Of a stretch of 64,000 nucleotides of DNA, positions 10,500 to 21,239 are shown piece by piece. The stretch is from Basidiobolus meristosporus CBS 931.73 (taxonomy: Eukaryota; Fungi; Basidiobolomycota): positions 1 through 64,000 of the forward strand of contig MCFE01000183.1 in assembly GCA_002104905.1 (NCBI GenBank), written 5' to 3'. The position numbers and the translations under genes were made by a program. The first letter of the stretch is position 1. Each line of letters begins with the position of its first letter. A model generated the notes under the pieces. The model saw nothing but the letters and a program-made list of their open reading frames with translations, searched no databases and was not told the origin of the DNA.

Positions 10500-13050
10500 T
10501 GTTATAGAAACTTGTAATTCCACCTAAATACTCATCTAACTTAGTCACTTAGACTGTTACCTTCAAATCCTAGAGAATACTGACCAAATTCCTTGATGGG
10601 ATTTACTTAGAATGTTTTTATCAAAATACCAGGTACCCAGAACATGAAAATTCTCAAAGCTGTCCAAACAGCCCCAAACTTTGCACACATGTACTTGGGA
10701 TATTTCTTAACTTATTCTATGTGTTTGTTAGGCCAAGATCATGTAAATGCATAAATGCTACTTTAACATTCAACAAATAATGAAGTGAAAACCACATAAT
10801 CTACTTGTCCTCCCAATCACTTCCAATATCTCCAAGACTCTGACAAAAGGTTATGAGCCCCAAGCTGTCACTCTCTGCAATGCTTACTACTGCTATTAAC
10901 GGAATTTTTCACTATGCTGAAAAATTAGATGGATCTAACTACCAAGTGTGGAAGGTGAAGATGAAGATGCTGCTACAAGAAAGAGGCCTTTGGGATATTG
11001 TCATTGGAGAAGAATGCCCTCCTAAAAACATGTGAGAGGAAGCCGCAAAGTACCAGAAGATAGAACACAGAGCCCTTAACTGCATATGCCTTAATGTTAT
11101 GGACAAATTGCTAATTCAATGTTCAAGAGCAAAAACGGCAAAGAATGCCTGGAAGGCATTAGAAGACACCAGCCAGTCATGTTCAGCTGCTAAGAAAATG
11201 TAACTTAGGCAATAATTCTTTGCTACAAACATGCTGTCAGGAGAAGAAATGAAAAATCTAATCAACAGAATTACCCTGCTGGTGGATGAGATGAAATCTG
11301 TGCGTGCACCAACTACTGATGAGGATGTGTTAGCAACCATCCTGAATAGCCTGACAGATATGTTTCAGGGCCTTGTATCAGCCCTAGAGTCCTCAACTGA
11401 AGATTTGACGTTAAATTGCATATATGGAAGGCTCCTGGATGAATTATTAAGAAAATCCAGAGCCAATAAGAAGGAAGAGGAAAATGCTTTAATAAGCAAT
11501 GATAACCAACAAAGGAGGTACCCAAGACCCTACAAAGGCAAGAGCAACTTGTTTTGCAACTACTGCAAAAGGAAAGGACACACATCAGACTGGTGTTTCA
11601 AAAAGGGAGATAATCAGCAAAAGAGGCCTGAATATGGGAATGCTGCAACAACTGAAGATAAACTATTCATAACTGCACTAAATATGGCCACAAACAAGGA
11701 TCCTCAGACATGGTACATTGACTCTGGAGCATCTCAACACTTTAAACACCAAAAAGAACTTTTTATCCTATAACAAGAAATTCCATTAAGAATGTTTTCA
11801 TGGGTGACAGTAGAACACTTGATGCAGTGGGAGAAGGAACTATCCAAGTAAACCTTGGAAGCAGTGAAGGAAGCCAAACATTGACTTTTAAAGTGTACTC
11901 TATGTACCAGAAATAGCCAAGAACTTACTATCCGTAAGCAAGGCCACAGCTGAAGGAATCAGCTTCAGCCTTGACAATTCTGGATGAAGGATTACTGATC
12001 AAAATTGTGCCCATATTGCTTTGGGTATCAAAGATCAGAGTCTACACAAGTTGACTAATATTCCAGCATATCTGGATGCCAATAAAAGTAGCTTAAATGA
12101 AGAACACCTATGCTTTGGCACAGGAGATTTGGACACATCAATTTCAATTATTTGGGCAAAAGATCAGAGATCAGCTAATTTCCAGAGTAAGTTGATCCCC
12201 CAGCTAATTTGAAGCACTGTGAAGCCTGCATATATAGGAAACAAGCCAGCCAGCTGATCAAGAACTCTGGGTTAATCAAAACCTAGAAAAAATTAGATCT
12301 AGTTCACACAGATGTGTGTGGACCTATGCAAAATTTATTCCTATTTGGGATGAAGTGTTTAATCACTTTTATTGTTGATTATACAAGATACATGTGGGTC
12401 TACTTCATAGAGAGAAAGGAAAAAGCTCTGTCTGAGTTCAGGGAGATTAAAGCCATTGTGGAAAGAGAAACTGGTAAAAAAATCAAGAAAATATGCTCTG
12501 ACAATAGTGAAGAATATACCTCCAAACTGTTCATGCACTTCTGCAAAATTCATGGAATAAAGCAAGAGACTACTGTACCATACTGCCCACAGCAAAGTAG
12601 AGTAGCAGAACATGCAAACAGATTAATAATTCATATGGCAAGATCTATGAACCATGATAAAAAACTATCCTATGATTTTTGGGCAGAATCAGTTGCCACA
12701 GCTGTATACCTTAAGCATTGGAGTTATAGCAGAATACTTTGTGGTTTGACTCCATTTCAAGCATAGTATGTATACAGACCAAGTGCAGAACATCTAAGAA
12801 TATTTGGGTGTACAGCATATGCCAAGAAACTGCCCAGAAATCAGTCAAAATCTGAGCTAAAAGTTTAAAATGCATATTTTGGGGCTACTGCACTGAGAGT
12901 AAGGCATACAGACTCTACAATACCAAAGCAAAGAAGCTGATCAAGTCTAGGGATGTTTTGTTTGATGAAAACTCAAAATTTTCACAAAAAACAACATCAG
13001 ATGATGACAGAAATTTGATCTCAAGTCCACCAATTTGCAGGATTGAATCA
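10500..13050 (+). mobile_element. gag-pol: Ty1/copia element copy 3: 5' LTR, PBS, gag, PR and IN; truncated before RT
   Basis: LTR 10500-10848 (349 bp), PBS 10849, gag EKLDGSNYQVW, CNYCKRKGHTSDWC knuckle, WYIDSGASQH protease, IN ORF 12314-12766. Confidence 0.92.
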
Positions 13051-14473
13051 TTAAAAACTTTGTACAAGAGGCTCCATGGAATATATTGGCATTGACAGAT
13101 AGTCCAAATATACCCTATATAGGTTTTGGCTCCATTTAGCAAGTACCCTACTTTGCGGTAGTAGTATTTTTCCATTTTTTCTTTTTTGTTTCTGCTGATG
13201 ATCCAAGGGAAATTGCTTTTGTAGGATTATTCTGCACTTCCTTACAGGTGGCATCATGGTGTATTTGAGCATAGAAGACCTTATGACATCATTTGTCCAG
13301 AATATTTGACTATTTGAGAATAGCATAGTCACAATTAACATCCACTTAGATTGATCATAACTTTTGATAGAGTAGTCTATATTGGATCAAATAGACTACA
13401 TTTGCAAGCTAGTTTCATCAGTGCTTTGGTATAAGACTCCTATATATCAGCTTTTGAGTTGCAGAGCTTGGCAGTGACTTGATCAATTACAATTCTTCTA
13501 ATTTGATCCCAAGAATCAAATGGCAGCCAGTGTTTTTGCGCACTATGATAAGTGATATATTTATAACAAGTATAAAGTACTATGTTATCTTGAGTGACTT
13601 GCAGTTGTATACTGGCCAACTGTTGCTTTGTTGTATTCTCCAATCTGGCTTGCAATCATTTGCTTCACACTCTCTGGCTGGTGGTAGAATCTTCTTGAGT
13701 TGATTTTGCTGAATTTATATAATACTTTCTCCCACTGTTTTGGGACTTAAACAGAGCAACAGCACATCTAACAACTCCATGTTTGGCTCCTGGTACATTA
13801 GTATCAGTATGAAAACACTTGATACAAATATGGCATTCTTCCATTAGATTGTGTAGTACATATCCATACTCCAGGTGGATATAAATATATTATATATCAT
13901 CAGGATCCTTACAAATCAGGGGGCTTGTTTCTGAGACCTTTTTCCACTAATATATAGCCTAAAGTAGTGGTTAACAGCTCCAGTATTTACATTCTCAGCC
14001 TTATTTTGAGTGGGAACAAATTTGGTAAAATCTTTGTCTGTCAATCATACAATGATCTATTTTTTTTGCAATTCAGGATAATATCCTATCCTAGAGCTTG
14101 TCTAATAGTCAATTGAGGTCATATGAGTACATATAGCTATATGCTTCATTGTAGATCTGGACCCTCAATTGCTGGATTTACGCAATTTTCTTCAGTAGTA
14201 GTAGAGCACCAGCATACTATATTTCTTGCCATATTTACATGTCAGCTTGACAGACTCTCCATCACAACCAGCTTGGGTAGTTACTGAATGAGTCTTTTGA
14301 AGGCAAGGTCTTCTCCTCCACAGCAACATCCTTGTGAATATAGTCCTATTAGCAGCAGAAGTTATCTTCAGCTTTGGCAAGGCAATAGTGCAGAAAGTCT
14401 TTATCCAGATTAGCAGAAACAGATCCAAGGCAAAGTAGACACAAAGAGCACAGCAAGCTTGGGGCCCAAAACC
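13051..14473 (-). mobile_element. Internal region of the non-autonomous C2-LTR element, copy 2 (truncated)
   Basis: Collinear with ~580-2009; PBS variant GGTTTTGGGCCC at 14462-14473. Confidence 0.7.
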
Positions 14474-14506
14474 AGTTGCAATAATCTGAGGAGTTTGTTA
14501 AGGAAG

Positions 14507-15717
14507 TGTGGTAATGGAAAGTATTCCATTACTACAATATCTCTAAACCAATATTGCACTCATTTCTTTATTTTGCTTTTTGCTATCGTAACACACAAGT
14601 GAAAGATCAAGAATTTCCAACTTTGAAGAGCAAATGCTCCAGACCCTGACAAGCAATCCACCCAAGAATATTATGTCATACAGAACACATAGTAGCCAAC
14701 ACATGTTTCAAGTTACAGCTCATTTGAAGCAGTACTTAAGGAGTTATGACCAAAAGAGTCTAACTATTATATATACTATGCCTTATTGCTAGGATTACTA
14801 TGGTGACTTTGATCGCGTGTAACTTTTGAACCAGCCAATCAAATCACGTGCAATTTTCACAGGTGCTGCGCCTATGTCCGATCTGCGCCACTGCAAAATT
14901 TTAGCTTCGTATCACGTGTATTGCTTGCGCAATCGCCCAAAAACTTTGATCCTTCAAAATTTTCATATATATGACTTCCCCAGCTGAAAAATAAAGGGAG
15001 AGCCTCTCTTTCCAGAATCTCCACACTACGATTACAAGTTTAAAGGTTATAAGACTTCCCCTGCATCACTTGCCCTGTTGAGTATTCTGACTTTGATTGG
15101 TACTACATCAGTAAAGAGACTGCAAAGTCCACAAGAATCCTATCTAAGTTCTACAAGAAACTACCACTTTTCTGTCGGAAAAGTCCCCTCTAAGAAGCCC
15201 CTTTACTCCAAAGACACCCCTTTAGACACCCCTTTAGTCTAAAGACCCCTTTAGAGACCCCTTTAAGAAACCCCTTTACTCTAAAGAAGCCCCTTTAGGC
15301 ACCCCTTTAGTGTAAAGTCCACTTTAGAGACCACTACAAGAAGCCCCTTTAGTCTAAAGACCCCTTTAGAGACTTCTACAACACACCCCTTTTGGTTAAA
15401 GGGGAGTTCAGAATTTCCATATTAGAGAATATTTTCTCAGAAAGGAAAGTGACTTCCAAATAAGGAAAAGTTACTATAAAAGTAAATTAGCCCATTAGTC
15501 AACAGAAGGTCAGAACACTGCTGTAGAAGTGATGAACACTGCGTACAGTATATTTTGAGCCCAAGATTGAGGAAATTAGTGAAAGTTATATCTTCTATTG
15601 GTATATCAAACTTTCAATAAACTATTTCAGTATTAGCATACTGGAAGTTGTTGTATATTGTTGATTAGCCTCTACATTGTAGAACAAGCCCCAAACTAAT
15701 CATAATACAACACAACA
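14507..15717 (+). mobile_element. Solo LTR family B, copy 1 (1211 bp), TSD GAAG
   Basis: TGTGG...CAACA termini; GAAG at 14503-14506 and 15718-15721; the empty site is seen at ~2150 (AAGGAAGGTCCC). Strand inferred from TATATAT (14966) and AATAAA (14990). Confidence 0.9.
15184..15405 (+). repeat. Degenerate minisatellite of CCCCTTTAG-type units inside LTR-B
   Basis: About a dozen CCCC tracts. The mirror array lies at ~19046-19270. Confidence 0.9.
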
Positions 15718-16172
15718 GAAGGTCCCAAGAATATGTGTGCAAAGTTTGGAGGCTTTTGACAGCTTGGAGAAAGATCATAATCTGGGTACCTAATAATTTG
15801 GTGAAAATATCCAAAGTAAATTCTGACAAGAAATTTGGTCAGAACAGAATGCTAATCAAAGAATAATATCTATGTGACTAAGCTAGCATGAATATTTTGG
15901 TGACAACTTAATAATTACAACATATTAGGAGTTGATATTCCAGTAGAAGATAAAACATCCACTAACATCTTCAGCTTAGGTGCAAAATATACTATAGGCA
16001 GTGTTTCCCACTTCTACACCATAGTTCTCACCTCTGCCAGCTATTTGGCAAACTTATATTGATGATTGCTTTTCCCTATGTAGAAGTCACATTCCTTTCT
16101 GAGAAGAAATTTTATTATCTAAAAATTCTGAAATACCTATTAACCTAAAAGGGTGTGGTAAAGGGGTTACTA

Positions 16173-16683
16173 TGTTGTAAATATCTGTAAATCCACCTAA
16201 ATATTTACCTAACTTAGTCACTGTGACCATTGCCTTCAAATCCTAGAGAATACTGACCAAATTCCTTGATGGGATTTACTTTGAAATTTTCACCAAATAT
16301 CAGGTACCCAAAACATGAAAATTGAATATGTTTTCCAAACAGCCCCAAACTTGGTACACATGTTCTTGGGACCCTTCTAAATTAATTTTTTGTGTTTGAT
16401 ATGCAAAGACCATGTAAAAGTATAAATACTACCTTTACATTCAATAAAACATTAAGTGAAAACCATATAATCAACTTGTTATTCCTATCACCTCCAATAT
16501 CTCCGCTACCCTTACAACAGGTTATGAGCTAAAGCTGTTACTCTCTGCCATGACTGCTACTATAACATGACCATAAACAGGGATTCTCAGATGTGGTACA
16601 ATTACTGGGGAGCATCTCAACACTACACTCCAAAAAGAACTAATAATATCAAGAAATTCCAGCCAACCAGACTTTTATGGGTG
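16173..16683 (+). mobile_element. Old, internally deleted copia (copy 4): LTR 16173-16519, PBS, gag/PR scraps; resumes at 28810-28892
   Basis: TGTTG...CAACA then GGTTATGAGC. The protease-region sequence GGGTG|ACAGTAGAACAC is split across 16683/28810. Confidence 0.8.
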
Positions 16684-18733
16684 TGTTATGATCTACTGCT
16701 TGAATGTTTAAGTTAGATCAGATTTAACCAAAGCAATTTGTTATATGATTAGCCTAGCAGCATATCAGTGTTAACTATCAAATTAATAGCATTAGTCAGC
16801 AGAGGAATCAGTAGTTCCTTATCAGATAGGAAAAGATATATAAAGTAGGAGCTTATTGGGTGATGATGATGCAATCAATGAGTCATCAGCCACAACCTAC
16901 ATTAGGAAATACAATTAGTCAGCAATTGATCAGGCTAAAATGCGTTACAAGTCTTGGTATAAGAGTTGCAGAGGAATAGGGAGTTTAGCTAGTATTGTAT
17001 TCACTAAAACTTGAACTGCTCTGTATTGAGATTCCAGCAGCTCCTGATATACATTTTGCAGATTAATTGCAGACTAATTGTATTTCCTAATGTAGGCTGT
17101 GCCTGATGACTCATTTGATTGTATCCTCATCACCTAATACAATCCTACCTAATATATCTATTTCTGTCTGATAAGGATCTGTTGATTCATTTGCTGACTA
17201 ATGCTACTAATTTGAAAGATAATACTGATATAGTGATAACCTAAACATACAACTAATTGACTTGACTAAAAACTGATCTAACTTAAACATTCAAGTGGCA
17301 GATCATAACATTCTCCCCTGCTCAAGTTGAAAGGGTTCTCCTGAATCTCTTTTCTTGCAATACCAATATCTTGATGGTTCAGTATTATCAGCAAGTCTGG
17401 CAAGCTTGAGTCTATCCCTATGCACTAAGTCTTCCCCAATATTGCCTTGTTTCTCCACTAGTTGGTAAGTTGCAAATGGACATTCTCTGATGATCTTGAA
17501 TGGCCCTGTTGATTGTGGCTCAAACTTCTTCCAAGCGTTGTTTCTTAGCAATACAAAGTTCCCAACTGTCAATGCTACTGGTGCTATAGTCTTATCAAAT
17601 CTCTGCTTCATCTTTTCTGCACTTTGAGATACTTTGGTCTGTGCCTCTTGACATCTTTGTTCCAGTTGCTGGTGTCTACTTGGTTGATGGAGTTCATCTT
17701 CTAAAGTGTCTAAAAGCTTTGGTTGTGTGAGATCTCCTGGAAGCCTTGGTTCACACCCATACACTGAGTAAAATGGCAATTGCTGGGTGGTGTTGTGTAC
17801 TCTGATTCTGCATGCAAAAGTGCTTGGTCTATATACTCATGCCATCTACTGACAACTCCATTTGCATACTTGGTCAGCATTTTTCCAAATAATCCATTAA
17901 ACAGTTCAGTGACTCCATTAGTTCTGGGGTGATATGCCAAGGTTTTCAAGCGTTTGATCTGCTGCATTTCCAGGTAAGCTTCCTATACCTTTACCATAAC
18001 ATTTCCACCTCTATTGGATAGAACCTCTATAGGGCATCCAAACTTCATAAGGATCTCATGATAGATGAAACTTGCACCTTCTTGTTCACTGTCTATAGGT
18101 ACAGCTTTAGCCACTGGCCATTTAGTGGCATGGTCAATTGCTACCAGTATCCAACAGTTGTATTTCCTGGTAGTTGACAGTCTTCCAATAAGGTCAATTC
18201 CCCATCTTTCATATGGTCTTACAGGTTCCAAGGGAAAGAGTTCAGCAATTCTCTGTGGTTGGCCTTGGTAGATTTGGCAACTTGGGCATGTCTTCACTAG
18301 CTTCTCAATGTCATGTTTCATTCTGGGCCACAATGCTCTGGCTTTCACAAGGCTATAGGTTCCTTCAATTCCAAGATGTCCAAATCCATTGTGTAGCTTA
18401 TGTATTAAATCCAGGCAAGAAACATAAGGGCAATAGGCAATAGATCTTCCATCAACAATTTGGTAGAGTATTTCATACTGTACTACAAATTTACTGGCTT
18501 CATCCCATATTATCTTCTTGATATCTTCATCCATCTTATTAGGAATGGCTTGGTCCTCCAAGTACTTTGGTAATAGGCTAGGCCAATCTGATTCATGCAC
18601 CATGTTGAGTTGTGCAACTTCATCTAATCTTGATAAGGCATCAGGAACTGTGTTGTTTTTTCCAGGGCAGTAGACAGTCTCCAAGTCAAATTGCTGAATG
18701 TATTCACTCCGTCTTGTCATTCTTCTAGAGAGT

Positions 18734-19945
18734 TGTTGTGTTGTATTATGATTAGTTTGGGGCTTGTTCTACAATGTAGAGGCTAATCAACAATATACAA
18801 CAACTTCCAGTATGCTAATACTGAAATAGTTTATTGAAAGTTTGATATACCAATAGAAGATATAACTTTTACTAATTTCCTCAATCTTGGGCTCAAAATA
18901 TACTGTAATCAGTGTTTATCACTTCTACAGCAGTGTTCTGACCTTCTGTTGACTAATGGGCTAATTTACTTTTATAGTAACTTTTCCTTATTTGGAAGTC
19001 ACTTTCCTTTCTGAGAAAATATTTTCTAATATGGAAATTCTGAACTCCCCTTTAACCAAAAGGGGTGTGTTGTAGAAGTCTCTAAAGGGGTCTTTAGACC
19101 TAAAGGGGTGTCTAAAGGGGTGTCTTTAGAGTAAAGGGGCTTCTTGTAGTGGTCTCTAAAGTGGACTTTACACTAAAGGGGTTTCTTAAAGGGGTCTCTA
19201 AAGGGGTCTTTAGACTAAAGGGGTGTCTAAAGGGGTGTCTTTAGAGTAAAGGGGCTTCTTAGAGGGGACTTTTCCGACAGAAAAGTGGTAGTTTCTTGTA
19301 GAACTTAGATTGGATTCTTGTGGACTTTGCAGTCTCTTTACTGATGTAGTACCAATCAAAGTCAGAATACTCAACAGGGCAAGTGATGCAGGGGAAGTCT
19401 TATAACCTTTAAACTTGTAATCGTAGTGTGGAGATTCTGGAAAGAGAGGCTCTCCCTTTATTTTTCAGCTGGGGAAGTCATATATATGAAAATTTTGAAG
19501 GATCAAAGTTTTTGGGCGATTGCGCAAGCAATACACGTGATACGAAGCTAAAATTTTGCAGTGGCGCAGATCGGACATAGGCGCAGCACCTGTGAAAATT
19601 GCACGTGATTTGATTGGCTGGTTCAAAAGTTACACGCGATCAAAGTCACCATAGTAATCCTAGCAATAAGGCATAGTATATATAATAGTTAGACTCTTTT
19701 GGTCATAACTCCTTAAGTACTGCTTCAAATGAGCTGTAATTTGAAACATGTGTTGGCTACTATGTGTTCTGTATGACATAATATTCTTGGGTGGATTGCT
19801 TGTCAGGGTCTGGAGCATTTGCTCTTCAAAGTTGGAAATTCTTGATCTTTCACTTGTGTGTTACGATAGCAAAAAGCAAAATAAAGAAATGAGTGCAATA
19901 TTGGTTTAGAGATATTGTAGTAATGGAATACTTTCCATTACCACA
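18734..19945 (-). mobile_element. Solo LTR family B, copy 2 (1212 bp), TSD GAGT, inverted relative to copy 1
   Basis: GAGT at 18730-18733 and 19946-19949; the empty site is present in G1 at ~38435. Confidence 0.92.
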
Positions 19946-21239
19946 GAGTACCTTCTGAGTTAATATATACTTGAGGGAGGCATGATCAGTCTTCACAGTG
20001 CATTTGACTCCTTCAATATAGCATCTCCATATCTTCAAACAGTGTACTATACCAAGCATCTCCTTCTCATGCAATGGATAGTTTTATTCTGCTGAGTTCA
20101 GTTTCTTGGATTCAAAGGCAGCTGGGCAGTCCTTTCCCTTGTGTTCTTGGCACAACACTCCACCAATTGCATAATCTGAAGCATCTATGCACAGAGTAAA
20201 CTCTTTTCTGAAGTCAGATATTCTTAAGCTTGGCAGCTTAGCAAGTTCATTCTTGAGGGTCTGGAAGGCAGTTTCACTAGCTATGTCCCACTTGTAGGTA
20301 TTGTCTTTCTTGAGGATATCAGTTAAAGGGGCTGCAATACTTGCAAATGACTTGACAAATCTCCAATAATAGGAAACCATTCCAAGGAATGATCTGAGCT
20401 CTGATATGCTATGGGGCTGCTTCAGAATCTTGATAACTTCAACCTTCTTAGGGTCTAAGGTTACTCCTGTGCTAGTCACTATGTGTCCCAGATATTCAAC
20501 GTGTTCCTTGAAGAATTCACACTTGGGTAGCTTGCCATAAAGCTTGTTCTCTCTTAGCTTCTTCAAGACCTTTTCAATGTGCACCAAGTGATCCTCTTCT
20601 GTCTTGCTGTATATCAATACATCATCTAGGTAGATTATGACCAACTTGTCTAAGTACTCCTGGAAGAAAGTTGGCATCAGGGTCATGGATGTTGCAGGGG
20701 CCAAGAGCTCATCAATCCAAGGTATGGGGTGCTTATTCTTCATGGTAACTGAGTTGAGGGCTCTGTAGTCAATGCACATCCTAAGTGTTTCATCCTTCTT
20801 CTTCACAAAAAGTACCAGTGCTCCCCAAAGTGACTAGCTGGGTTGGATATATCCTTGCTCCAGTAGCTGATCTATTTGTGTCTTCATCTCTTCCAACTCC
20901 AATGGACTCATTCTGTATGGTGTCTTACTCACTGGAGGACTATCTCCTGTTTCAATGGAATGATCCACATCTCTGACTGGTGATAGGCTTACAAGCCCCT
21001 ATGAAAAATAACTTGGTCCCACGGGTGGATCCAATCCGGATCATCCATCAAGATCCCGTTTAGAGACTGTCATAATAACAGCAGCTTGGAATTAGTGAGC
21101 CTTCTGACAATCTTATAACAAGATCATGACAGTGTTTTACAAATTTTACAGCCAAATAAAGGGATAAAACTTGACAATTTTTGATTGGTGCTGTGACAAT
21201 ATATGCATGACATTGTTGCGGTCTTTCAGCGCTCTATTA

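Larger units (their letters stand above)
14474..15922 (-). repeat. C2 LTR with a ~114-bp deletion, split by solo LTR-B
   Basis: 14474-14506 plus 15722-15922 align to 2010-2029 plus 2144-2358. Confidence 0.85.

Noticed and set aside
10853-10882. gag initiating at the ATG inside the PBS (MSPKLSLSAM)
   Set aside because: The ATG is forced by complementarity to the CAU anticodon; the downstream ATG (MLTTAING) is the more plausible start.
15184-15405. CRISPR-like or telomeric array
   Set aside because: Units are irregular with no unique spacers, there are no cas genes, the array lies inside an LTR, and it differs from TTTAGGG/TTAGGG.
6167-15922. One composite 9.7-kb element bounded by same-orientation copia LTRs
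   Set aside because: The LTRs belong to different subfamilies and the flanks (ATCAA vs TATTA) are not a TSD.
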